The position numbers and the translations under genes were made by a program. The notes below the pieces were generated by a model. It saw only the letters and a list, made by a program, of their open reading frames with translations, did no database searches and was not told the DNA's origin. Shown here piece by piece: positions 13,570-25,265 of a stretch of 64,000 bases of DNA. The stretch is taken from assembly GCA_028534125.1 (NCBI GenBank), contig CM052832.1, forward strand, positions 6,636,001 through 6,700,000, in the 5' to 3' direction. Source of the DNA: Lama glama. Its lineage: Eukaryota. Every line of letters starts with the position of its first letter. The stretch's first letter is position 1.

Positions 13570-14200
13570 CATCCTGATTTATAGCTCTGGAAACCGAGGC
13601 TTAGAGAGCAAAACTAACATGCCTGAAATCACCGAGGAAAATGGTTGAGGATTACCAAGGTCAGCCAGCACTGGGACCAGATTGTTGGGATTAGAACCTG
13701 GGTCTGTCTGGCTTCAGAGTTCCTTTAATCTATACGACAGCTCTGTGAAGTCAGTACCATGACAGCCCCCATGTTACACACACTGCCCAGAGATGTTCAG
13801 TAACATGTCAAAGGTCATACAGCCAGGAAGTGGCAGTCCTGGGATTCGGACCCAGCAGACTAACGCCAAAGCCCACATATTGCTTTACTTCCCACTTTAT
13901 TTTTTCTCTGCCTCTCAATGTGTGAGAAGACTGATGACTCTAGGAAAGAGAGGAAGAGATCTTATGTCATGAACTAAGATGTGCAGTACTAATAGTAGCT
14001 AACATTTATTGAGTACTTGCTATGTGCCTGATGGTTCTTGATGCCTTATTGTGTTAGCTCTTAAATTAAAAACAGCACGCTAAGATATATGCACTCCTGT
14101 TATCCTTACCTTAGAGGTGAGGACACTGAACCCAGAGAAGTTAAGTAACTTGCCCACGGTCAGCGTGTGTGCTGGGGAGCTGAGAGTCCAATGCAGAACT
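13570..14200 (-). mobile_element. Cluster of three MIR relics
   Basis: Repeated MIR core words: ggaaaccgaggcttagagag (~13590), aaggtcatacagccaggaagtggcag...gggattcggaccc (~13810), gaggacactgaacccagagaagttaagtaacttgccc (~14120). Confidence 0.75.
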
Positions 14201-14361
14201 TGAATTCCATTCGATTCAAGAAATGTCAGAGGTTACCTTCTAGGAGGAAGGTCTTATTTAGCAGCATCAGGGGTCATCCACGTGGAGAAGACACAGCCCC
14301 CTCCCTCAACCTGGAGTGGAAGATGATGATACAGGAAAAATCTGGGGCGAGAGGATGGCTA

Positions 14362-14976
14362 TGTCACAGGTCTCGGTTGAGCTCCGGGACATGCCCCACC
14401 AAGTGTGGGTCTTTGCCTTCATGCAGGAAAGATTTCAAGAGCTAGCCACAGTTGAGTAAAAGTAGATTTATTTAGAAAGATACATACTCCGTAGACAGTG
14501 CAGGCTGTTTCAGAAGGCAAGAGAAAAGCCACAAGGTGTGGGGGTTGGGTGCTCAGTTTAAAGCAAAAGTAGGTACCTACTCCATAGACAGAGTGCGGTC
14601 CTGTCTCTCTCAGAAGGGAGAGCAGCCACGAGGTGTTGGGGGCTTTTATGGGCTCGGCAACTTTATATGCTAATTAGTGGGAGGATTATTCTAATTACTT
14701 TGGGGGAAGGGGCAGGGATTCCCAGGAATTGGGCCACCGCCCACTTTTTGACCCTTTATGGTCAGCCTCTGAACTGTCCTGGCGCCTGCAGGAGTGCCAC
14801 TCAGGATGCCAATATATTACATTGAGCGTATTACGAAGCTCAGGGTCTACCGGAAATCAGATCTCCAGCCATCTTGGGCCGCAAGGCCTGCTGGGAGCCA
14901 AATCTTCCATCATCTTGGTGTTAGTTGCTGTATCATTCCTTGAATGTCCGTTCCCAGCCCTCCCTGTCCTGTCTCA
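14362..14976 (-). mobile_element. ERV1 solo LTR, MER41-like
   Basis: TG...CA ends with short inverted termini (tgtcacagg / cctgtctca). Minus-strand AATAAA near 14470. Internal ~65-bp imperfect direct repeat. The block atgctaat..ggattatt..ggggaagggg..ttcccaggaa..gaactgtcctggcgc resembles the MER41 core as recalled. Confidence 0.75.
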
Positions 14977-15273
14977 GTGAGAATCAGGAAAGTACAAGGA
15001 GAGGAACCACAAAATATGTGTTGTGAGAGGTACAAACACGGGATGGTGGAGGTCATCTCGTCTTGGGCTGGTGGGGCTCACAGTGGGGTCTGAAGACAGT
15101 GGCCCCAGGTGTGGCTTTTAGGATGTCAGTAGCTGGGGCTGGGGATCCGCACAAAGGCTCCGAGGTGAGAGAAGCTGGAGTCAGTGGGTCAGGGGCTCAC
15201 AGCTATCTACACGTTAATACAGATAAAGCCCTCAGCACAAGGGGAGCTCTCAGTACTCACTGCTACTGCTGGT

Positions 15274-15420
15274 TTTGTTTTTTTTTTAGGTGGGGGAGGG
15301 GGTTGAGGGGTAGCTTATTAGGTTTACTTATTTATTTATTTTGATGGAAGTACTGGGGATTGAACCCAGGACCTTGTGCACACTAGGCACACACTCTGCC
15401 ACTGAGCTACACCCTTCCCC
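15274..15420 (-). mobile_element. Camelid vic-1-like SINE
   Basis: gtactggggattgaacccaggacc...ccactgagctacaccc; degenerate TSD ctgctactgctggt / ctgttgctgctggt. Confidence 0.9.
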
Positions 15421-16693
15421 TGTTGCTGCTGGTATTATTATTGTTACTGACAGAACTGGAGCCTGATTCTGGGGTCTGTGGTTCTTTTTTCCTACTCACC
15501 CGAGAGGAGATACATCTGGGCAGGAAGACCGTCACCTTCTCGTGGGTGTCCGGGTTTGCTGGGCGGAAGAACTCTTTTTATCGAATTTGCTAGATCTTAG
15601 GGAGTTATGGGAGATTTTCCGTGTGAAAGTGGCATGAACATTTAGCTATATTTGAGAAGAAAAAGCTGCATAGGGGCTACTGTGCACTGAGATAGATGTT
15701 TATCTTCGTCTTCCTCATTTCTTTCCATTTACATTAAAAAAAGACCTAACACTCAAGCTGATGATTGTCTGCTCATCTTATTAGAAGGAGTGTAACCTGC
15801 CTTCTCTGCATCCTAAGGAGTTCTGAGCAGCTCTCCACACTCCACCCCTCCCCAGGCAGCCTTCCAGGCTGGCTTGCCTTTCTTACTAGAAGGTTGGAGT
15901 CACTCAGACCCTTCGTGGCTGGATTTTCGCCAACGGTAGGGCCTCTCTTAGCTCCCCGCTCCTCCGCCCAGCCCCCTAGGTCTCATCTGAAAGCAGAAGG
16001 TGAAAGATGAAGATAAACCTTGCTTTGGCTACCATAGCAACCCTCACCTGCTTTGCTGTTCACTTTAGAAGTGTCATCCTTCGGTGAAAAGTTGTTTTGC
16101 ATATAATTGCTTGGCTCCTCCGGAGGCTTGGGGCTTTCTTTGAACTTCTTACAGCCGACGAGAGAGTGGTCTTCCGCCTTCTTCCTGGGCGCAAGAACAC
16201 CCATCGCACAGAGAAGCGGGCGTCAGTACCAAAACGGAGATGCTCATTCCCCTTTCGTCTTTTTGCTCTTAAGAAAAATGCTGTCATAAATGGTGAATCT
16301 GTGACTATATTACACATTTTCAGATTGAATTCTGCTGAAATTAGCCTGTCAGATTTCTAGACGACCACCCACTTACGAAGACCGCCCTTGATTTCTTCAC
16401 TGATCCCAGAGAGCCTCTCTTCCATCCTCTTCTGTTCTGTGCGGTGCCCCAGTGGCTGACCTGTGTACTCCACATCACAGCTCCCCTGCCCTCTGCTTTC
16501 CAGTTGGGTTTGGACAATGCGAGGTGCCAGCAGATCAGAGAAGGAGGGCTCGGGTCGGGGTGGTGGGAATATTGACTCCCCTGGCATCCGCTTCGTGGTG
16601 GCGCTGAGGACTGGCTGTATCCCTCAGCCAAATACCCCTCTGTCTCCAGTTCTGGTGACCCCTACCCCCTCCCTTCTTCTCACCTCTTCCGGC

Positions 16694-17099
16694 TGTCAAC
16701 TGAGGGGGGAAAAAAGCACACGCTAAAAGTTGAGAATTATGTTTTATTCGATGGACTTTCTGAGGTCTTAAACCTGGAAGACAGCCTCTCAGCGCTGAGG
16801 GACTGCTCCAAAGACGTAAGGGAGGAGCCAGGATATATAGGAGTTTAGCAACAAAAACCAGTGGTGGGAACATCAAAAGATTACTGGTAATTAAAGAAAA
16901 TCAGACATCTCAAGGAATTCAGTGCTTTTCTCTGTATGGGAAGATGCAGGAGTCTGGGCTCGTTGAAGTCATTCCTCTGATATGCACCTTAGCTCCCTAG
17001 GGCCAGTGCCCTGCTCTTCTCCATCCCAAGTCCCCTCGGGGTGCACAGTTGGCTGCAGTGGCTGTTGGCATGATGGCCAGGCAACCTTTGTCATGCACA
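16694..17099 (-). mobile_element. ERV1-type solo LTR (artiodactyl-type; family not assigned)
   Basis: Starts tgtcaactga and ends gcaca; minus-strand AATAAA near 16745. Contains the LTR-like block tatgggaagatgcaggagtctgggctc...tcattcctctgatatgcacct. Confidence 0.75.
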
Positions 17100-20000
17100 G
17101 GCCCGAGGGATATTGCTTGCCCAGGGTTTTGCATTATTTTCTGTTGTTTCCCTCGAGCCGCCCACACCTTTGTAAACCCAACTGGGGCCTGCCATCTGTT
17201 TCCTGCTGGGACCTTGACTAATACAGTGACCCGAGCGCTTCCCCTTTGGATGAGTGCTCCGATGTCGCTTGCTTGTTTTGTTTCCTAAAGCTCTGGTTGC
17301 CTTTAGGTTATTCTTTGTAGAATCAGATTTTCCAGTCTATAAGAACAACCTTTCACCCTCCTGCCCTTCATAAAGGTGATGTTTCCTCTCTCTGACCCTC
17401 CTCTCCTGCAGCAAATCTGTTTTGGACACGTTTTTCTGGATGATGTCAGTTAGGGTGGAGAAATGGAATACCATGTCCACACTGCTTGTCCCAGCTGACC
17501 CTGCGGAAGTTTGAGGGTCTTCCTTCCCTTTTTATTTTCTCCATCGCAAGAACACGTAAGATGTACAAATCCTCTCAGGAGACCATGGGCATTAAGACCC
17601 TACAGCTGTAAAGATGTTTTTTCGGGCAGGTTTGTAGTCCCAGCACTGCTGTAGAATCCAGTGCAGTAGGAGATGATGACAACTTGTGTATTTTTTTTCC
17701 CAACTTCTTAAAAATTTATAAGAAGCTGCTTCCTCGGGGAGTTGAATTAATTGAATTATTGTCCCGTGGGAGCTTCAGATGGAAGAGTGGTCCCGGAAGG
17801 TGTCCTGAAGGAAGCCACGAGTGAGGAATGTAGATAATTCCTTTTGAAAACCACGAGGTGAACACCACATGTTCCTGGTTCTTTCAAGACTGATCCCAAA
17901 TGGTACCAAGAATAGCATGAGGTTCACACAGCTCGGCGGGTGTGAAAATTCTGCGGCTGAATTAAATAGGTTCCATTGTATTTCAGAAGGAGCTCTAATG
18001 GGCTTCTCTGGAGCACAGCCTAAGAATATCGTGTCTCTGCTTTGTATCCCAGGATGGCTGGGATGGTTTGTGGTCGCTAATAGTTATACTTCCATCTCCC
18101 AGTAAGGTGGACACAGTGAGCCAAAGACCTGGCTCATCTCTGAGAAGGTCTAGCGAGGCATCAGAAGGACCCCGCCCATAAGACCAGACCAAAAGTGAAA
18201 GCCGATGATAAGATTTAATTGTAGAATGATAGTTATTCATACAAAATTTGTTTCTAATTAGCTCATTTTGTCCCAGGTATCGTTAAAGAATCATTTAATT
18301 TTAGAGCTGAAGGGATTTGAAACGCTGCAAAACTTTAAGCTAAGGTTCCTATTCTTTAAAAAAAAATAAATTGGATTTATTTAACCTTCTGTTCAACTTA
18401 AAAATAGCTGCAGGCATTTCTTTCTACTGCTTATTAATGCAACATTACGTTCCTGGGCTTGGTCATTAATATTCAAGCTGACATGGTCATCTCTAACTTC
18501 TTCCAGACTAACAAATCTCCCGTAATCCATTTATTTGTTTTGCAGTCAAAACTGAATTTAAAGTCAGAATGAATTATTCATTAATCATTTCCATGTATCC
18601 TATTTCCTTATTTATCCTCCTCCGCTGGCTATACCATGGAATCAAGGAACATTTTTTTTTCTATTTATTGCCCTCCTTGCAAAAAGTTTTACAGTCCTGT
18701 TCTTCATTTAAAAAGCAGACGAGTCGAATCTTTAATATTCTTTTGTCCAAGGAAAAATGAACTGAAACTTAAGTTGCTTTTTGGGTATGTCTTGCTCATT
18801 TTTCTTCTTTTATAAATCATTTCCTATTTTTTTAAAATTCTTGCTTTCTAGTTTGAATAACCTGGAAAACAAAAAATATAGGCAGGTTTATTATGAGCAT
18901 CAAGTAAAGCTTTCAGCACTGGAGAGAGCTTTGGTTAAAGGTCATACGTTCCCCTTTCTTGGGCACCTTTACGCCCAGAGAGAAACAGATGTCTCTTTTC
19001 TTGTGAATCTTCTAATCATGGAAAGAGACAAACATCAAAGTGAGAAGGAACCTTAGAGGGAAACGTCGGCCAGCCAGCCGTCTCTCTGGTCCTTGCGTTC
19101 CCTCTGTGACACCCCCCCCCCCCAGGTAGGCACCACCTGCTCTGTGGAGCTTCCTCATTGGCCGTCCCTGCGACAAGTTGCTCACTTAGACATGAGGGAA
19201 GACATTTCTGTTTTAACCTGAATTGTTCCAAGATCCACGGCTCCTTTCCTTAAATTGGATTCTTTTCCTCAGGTTCCTCTTCTACTCTCTTAGTGCCATA
19301 CACCAAAAAATGACGTTTCCCCTTTCAGGATGTGGGGGCAGCTGTGAAACAGTCCTTGCCTGTGCTTCCCAGGCCCCTGGTTCTTAGACAACAGGACTTT
19401 TGACCCCTCGATGAGACTGGATAGTTTCCTTAGGAAAAATTCCAGTTTTTCTGTCCTGGGTGGCCCTCAGATTTGGTGGCATTAGTCTTTTTTTTTTATA
19501 GGTCACCCATCACACTATTTACTGGGTGATTTTACTTGAGAGTGAAGCTACTATGAACATCTCCATGGATGCTTGTAATTTAATTTTTCTTGCCATGGCT
19601 CTCCACGCCTCCCGTGGGCTTATCTATGACTTCCCCTTCCTTCTTGGTACAGTTTAAAACTTCCCAGATCAAAACTCCTGTGGGCAAAATACATGGCTCC
19701 CCTTTCTCATGAGATGTACCCCTATTCCTAGAAAGGTGGGTTTTTGGTTTTTTTTTTAGGATACTGCAGTTCAGAAACCCTAATCTCCTGCCTGTGGATA
19801 ACACTGTGACAGTAATGATATCCAACACAATCAGATGTCTCTTTGAGTTCCCTCCCCCGGACTTACTAGTGTCGTTTATTATATTTATATTTATATATTT
19901 TTAATGTTAGGAATGAAAAGTGGGAGTTTTGGAAAGATTAATTCCTTGTGTAGAAACCCAGGAATGTCTGAATCATCTAAGTTTATTGGGAGAAAGGGAA

Positions 20001-20899
20001 TTTATTAATGTATTTATGCCGCATTTACTCAGTTGCTACTTCTTTGTTGCTGAACAGGCATCTTTAAGTGTCAAGTGGTTGGTCTACATACTAGGAACCA
20101 TACTGTCTTCATTTTAGGTCCTTTAATCTTTATTTAATAAGTGCTGTTGGGTTATCTGAGGATCTTGGATGAAATCATTTTTACATCATATAGCAAAGTA
20201 ATGAAATAGTTGGAAATCTTCCTCTTTCCAGGCTTCCTTTTCTATTAAAATGAGTCAAAAATGATTTATATGCTCATTGTCATCTACTTGGTAGTATCTA
20301 AATAAATAGTTATTTTGCTTTTGGTGGTGTTTGGACGAGGGGCAGGATTCTTTTTTTTTTTTTTTATTTTAATTGCTGTCTTTTGCCTTACAAATATCTT
20401 TCCCCTCTAGTCACCCTCCAACCAGACCCATACCAAATGGTCAAGGGGCATCCCTGCCTGTTTCTCGTTGTAATGACATGAGCTTAAGGTTATGGACATT
20501 CACTGAAGTTTGAAACTTGTTTACACCCTCACCAGCAGTAGACGGTGGCCAGCTCTGTGGTGCTGGGTTCCTCTGCTCCAGACAAGCCTGTACACAGTGA
20601 TAAATAGCTTTAATTCACGCGTTGTTTTGGAAGCTTCCAAAGACTTTTACTTGCCTCCTCTCACTTGATGTTTGCAGTAGACAAGGCCACAGTGTTGCTC
20701 CATTTTGCTGACATGAAAACCACGGCCCAGAAGGCATGCAACTTACAGCAGGACTAGAGCCCAAGTAGACCCTTGGAGCTCTTTCCAGTATTTCATAAAT
20801 ACGTCTCTGCATCTGAAGAAGTTGTGAGGTTCTCCCAGGGGAGACTTCATATTTTAAAAGTGGATGGTGGTTTTTCTTTTCCAGATGCACGTAATGATG

Positions 20900-21260
20900 G
20901 AAACTTATGCTTTCTAAATGTCAAACAACAGAAGAATGCTTAAATAAATTATGACAGATCTATACAGTGGGATGCTGCGTGGCTATTAAAATTAATGTTT
21001 TCAAAGATTATATAATGATGCAGGGAACTGCTCATGGCTGTATCAAATGTTTTGTGAAAAATGTGAGATACAGAACAGCAAGATCTCAAGTTTGTTTCAA
21101 AATTATACATAAAAAAAAACCCAAAATGCTAGAACTAAATATACCAACCTCTTAGCAGAGTTTTCTGGATAGTAGGATTATGGTTTACTTTTCTTCCCTC
21201 TTTTTTTTTTAAATACTTTTCTGATTTTTCCAGTTTTTTTCTTCAGTTAACTCATATAAT
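20900..21260 (+). mobile_element. Old L1M (L1MC/ME-like) 3' relic
   Basis: aaatgtcaaacaacagaagaatgcttaaataaattatg...gtggctattaaa... matches an old L1 ORF2-end/3' UTR pattern; approximate. Confidence 0.55.
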
Positions 21261-22719
21261 CAGAAAGTGTAAATGTTACCTTAATTACACTCCACAGATT
21301 TTCAATTTTAGCTGGAGGAATGCTTTGAATGATTTCTTGTTTTCTTTCATTTTTAAAATTACATTTGAAATGAGTGAGTTTTTATTATTAGCATACACAT
21401 TTGAAATAAATAACGTTATTTTCAGTGTACATGTTTTAAGTTGGCCACTATAACGCATCTGCTGGTCTGTTGTCTCCTGGTAGTGACTCCTTTTTTACAG
21501 AATTCATTAATTAAGTCCAACATCGTCTTGCGGACTTTCTTAGATGTACCAGGCTGAAGATGGCAGAATGAAGGCAGCTCAGTCTCTGCTCGCAGGAAAT
21601 ACCAGTCTGGTTGGAGACACAGTGATCGTGGTGTAGAAATGGGCTGTGACAGGGCTGTACTGGGTCCTCCTGAGTGCTGCCAAGGAAGGATGCTGGGTTC
21701 ACGGGTCTCGAGGGAGTTTGGGGAGCCCTTCCGGAAGGGTTGTGTGTAGAGCTGAAAGCAGCTGTTCTCTTCTGGATGGCCAGCCTCCGATTTAGAATAA
21801 TGACAGCATAAATCTTCTTATGCCATGTGGGCAATTGTAGCCTCAAAGCTATTTCACAGCAATTAATAAGAGTTTTGAAATTAACTTTAAAAGATAAACT
21901 AGTTATTTGGGGCTGAAGAGCCTTGACCCTTCCTTATGAGGGAGTTCTTTTAATCTTCAGTGTTTCCCTTTCTTTCTGTTTACTTGAGTTTACTGAAGGT
22001 TAGTGGTAGTACCAAAGTGTAATAGTCTTGCTTTGAGATGATAGCAATGATGTGTTTTTATAGTATTCACGGGTACATATCCTTTTATAAATGGTTAATG
22101 CTAATTTTGATCACTTTTAAAAAATTCCTATTTCATTCCCCTGTCTCTTCCTTCTCATTTGAGGGAGGCAGATAGAGTTTCTTGCTCCTGTTTTATAAAG
22201 ATAAATGGAGTCATAGAATGATCAACTGATTTCTCTAAATTGTGAGTCAGTAATGGAACTGGGAAGAGAAACCAGGGTTTCTTTGTTCAGAGCTCTGACT
22301 CTAAAACATTTCTCCGCATAAGTAGAATAGGTTGTTTGCCAAAAATGCGTTCACCTTTTAAATCTTTACTGAAAGTAATGAGCTTAAAATAAAGTCTCAT
22401 GAAGGTAATCGTATTGTTACAGCTTAGAACAGAAGTTAAGGCTATTTGAGTAGATTAAAATGAGTCCTGAGTGAGGCTTAATATTTGGGCTATTTAATTA
22501 ATTTGTTCAGCAATGGATTTTAATTCTCTTTGGAAAAAGAATAATTGAAACATTCTCAGACCCACTTAAGAACATTATGGGATCCATTTTGATTAAAAAA
22601 TGTTAAATAAGAGGGGCAGGATTAAAAATAAAATCAGAAGTGACACTTAATATCTTTATTTCATGCTGCTGGATAACTTTATTATCAGAAGACTTTCCTA
22701 TAATCTGTTGATGAAAATA

Positions 22720-22938
22720 CAGTGGACCCTTGAACAACACGGGTTTGAACTGCACGGATCCACATATACGCAGATGTTTTTCAATAAATACGCACTACAG
22801 TAGTAAAGGATCTGCAGTTGATTGAAACCGAAGATGCAGAACCCTGTATAAGGAAGGCCAACTGTAAAGTCATACTTGAATTTTCTACTGTGTAGTCAGA
22901 TGGAGCCCCTAACCCCAGCGTTGTTCAATGGTCAACCG
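22720..22938 (+). mobile_element. Tigger2-family non-autonomous DNA transposon (MER8/Tigger2a-like)
   Basis: TA|cagtggacccttgaacaac ... gttgttcaatggtcaaccg|TA: terminal inverted repeats and TA target duplication. Confidence 0.85.
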
Positions 22939-22940
22939 TA

Positions 22941-23036
22941 GGGGGAGGGTATAGCTCAGTGGCAGAGCGCATGCTTAGCATGCATGAGGTCCTGGGTTCA
23001 ATCCCCAGTACCTCCATCTAATAAATAAAATTTTTT
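22941..23036 (+). mobile_element. Camelid vic-1-like SINE inserted at the Tigger right end
   Basis: gggggagggtatagctcagtggcagagcgcatgcttagcatgcatgaggtcctgggttcaatccccagtacctcc; flanks aatggtcaaccgta / aataggtcaattgta. Confidence 0.93.
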
Positions 23037-24212
23037 AATAGGTCAATTGTAAAACTACCTTAATATTCTCAGTAATTATATTTACTCTTAAAATAATTAG
23101 TACTCTACTAATGATAGATGATAGTTATTATGCATAGTATACTAAAATATCTGAAGCAGCAGTATAAATGAATATGAAGGAAGGTAAGTACATGAGTTGT
23201 TTCATTGAGTTCTTTTTCTTCTAATTAAAAATATGCATATATTTTGCATTAATTATAGAATGAAACAAAGTTTAAAATATGTACCATATTTTTGTTTAAA
23301 ATAAATTTTGTTGATTTAAATACAGAAAAGACTTCATTTACTGGAGTTCTGAGACATTAAACTACAAGAGTGGCTCTGTTAAGATATATATAGGATAACA
23401 TTTTTAATTTCCACAGATAGTGATCTGAGTTTTGAGTTCTTATTTGAAATTCTTTGAGTTTTGGCTCCTATTCCCAGCCAGGCCTACGAGTTTAGATGTA
23501 ATTCCTCTTTTATGTTGCCCCCAAATACTGTTTATCAGGATCCCATTGGGGCTTTGTTTCTAGGAAAAATAAAAACAAAGAAACAACCTCATCATAATCC
23601 TACACTCAGAATTCAAGGGAGATACGGGTAGAAAGCCGCATTTGTCTGGGGATCCGGAACTTGTGTCTTAACTGAACTTGATGGGGGCAGAGTGACACTT
23701 TGTGCTGCTCCTTTCCGTCCTTGACCCTGCGGCTCTGCTTTGCTGGGATGGGGAAAGTGGAGCTTCCTGCAGACGGTCTGGCAGCCACCTCGTAAGTGCC
23801 AGGCAGCCTCACCTGGGTGCCCAGGGGCAAATTATTTCACCTTCCAGGCCTTTAATTATTGCTCTTTGAACAGAACAGTATGATAGGCTTGAAAACAGAT
23901 ACGAAAGAAAAAGGTAGATACTGACTGTCCTTGAAGTATGTGGGAAGGCCGACAAAATCTATTGAATTATGTACCAATTCCAGTATCAAAAAGTGGGAAG
24001 ACTCTTTAACTGGCTGCAGTTGGGTAGATTTCGAATGTAAGGGGTGATGAAATGGCAGGGTGATGGAATCCAGGTAGATGAGATTCATACTGAGAAGCTT
24101 CGTATCGGGGGCTGTGAGGGAAGGGGGTCTATAGACCATGGAATGGCCAAGATAGTACTGATTTTTTAAGATCCAGGGTTCATAAATTACTTAGAGTAAT
24201 TATCCCAGGCAG

Positions 24213-24217
<5 letters not shown>

Positions 24218-24257
<40 letters not shown>

Positions 24258-24260
24258 TGT
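24218..24260. repeat. (TG)n microsatellite
   Basis: About 21 units with one interruption, ~780 bp upstream of the coding exon. Confidence 0.95.
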
Positions 24261-24394
24261 CCATCCTCACTGTGGATGAACAATGAACTATTAGAGTTAC
24301 CCTAATCAGAATTCAGGTGGTGATGAAATAGACTGTACTTCGTTAAAGATAGACTTGCACTGATTTTGATCTTTATTTCATGTCTGTGCTATAG

Positions 24395-24610
24395 GAGAGT
24401 GGACTCTGATGTTGGACTCCCTGAGTTTGAATCCTGGTCCTGCCATTTTCCTGTAAAAGTTACTTGCTTAGTTCCTCAGTTTTCCCCTCTGCAAAATGGG
24501 GGTAATATTGGTACCAACCTCATAGACAACGGTGCAGATCTCAATAGATTAGTTACTGCATGTAAACCATTAAGAATGGTTCCTGGAACTCAAGAAATGC
24601 TAAGCATTAG
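24395..24610 (+). mobile_element. MIR SINE
   Basis: cctgagtttgaatcctggtcctgcca...cctcagttttcccctctgcaaaatgggg. Confidence 0.8.
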
Positions 24611-25040
24611 TAGTGTGGTTGTGGTATATAACTCATCAAAGAACTTTCCTATGTGCGTTTTTGTTTGAGTGCATTTGATTTCTTTTAGGGAAGCAAGGCT
24701 CAGAGAGTTTATGGAACTCTCCCAGGTCCCAAGTCTGGCCCCTGACAGCAGGGCCAGAGCCCCTGGCCTCCCAGCTCCAATCCTGGTCAGGTGGAAGGTG
24801 TTTTTGCCCACAGCATGGACTGGATTCTTGCCCAGGAGCAGGCCTGGGTGGGAAATTGTAACTCAGAGATCAAGGGGAAAGTGTGAACTTGCTGGGTCTT
24901 GCCGCTTCTAATAGCTCCTGCTGCTTCTCCTAGTCATGCTCCCCTGCTCTGCCCTGGACACTCCAGAACTGCATCCTTCCAACCAGGTCCTGAGGAATCG
25001 AGCCCTCCTCTAACCCACAGCTGTCTCTTTGTCCTCAGGA

Positions 25041-25265
25041 ATGAGGGGAGAATCTTACTTCATTGGAATGAGGAGCCTGGGGCAGCAGGGCCACGTCCCG
25101 GACGATGGAGGGCTCTTGCTGCTCTGCTGCGTAGACAGAGACTGGGCTGTGACTCAGTGCTTCACGGAGGAGGCCTTTCAAGCAATCACTGACTTCAACG
25201 ACCTCCCCAACTCACTGTTTGCCTGCAACGTCCACCAGTCGGTGTTTGAAGGAGAAGAGAGCAAG
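25041..25265 (+). CDS. RCAN2: RCAN2 (calcipressin-2 / ZAKI-4) long isoform, first coding exon, codons 1-75; exon spans 25039-25265
   Basis: Translates to MRGESYFIGMRSLGQQGHVPDDGGLLLLCCVDRDWAVTQCFTEEAFQAITDFNDLPNSLFACNVHQSVFEGEESK. This matches the RCAN2 N-terminus as I recall it, including the RCAN-family DLPNSLFACNVHQSVF motif. Pyrimidine-rich acceptor ctgtctctttgtcctcAG (AG at 25037-25038), 2 nt of UTR, ATG at 25041, phase-0 donor AAG|GTAAGA at 25265/25266. Confidence 0.96.

Larger units (their letters stand above)
1..25038 (+). other. RCAN2: Inferred RCAN2 intron upstream of the first coding exon (non-coding exon 1 and promoter probably lie 5' of the window)
   Basis: The exon starts with a splice acceptor 2 nt before the ATG, so a 5' UTR exon must lie upstream. 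No CpG island is visible in 1-25038. A small UTR exon inside this interval cannot be excluded. Confidence 0.65.

Noticed and set aside
22941..23015. tRNA-like sequences with A and B boxes (seven copies in the window)
   Set aside because: They have A-rich tails, mostly with TSDs, and variable decay, so they are tRNA-derived SINEs rather than tRNA genes.
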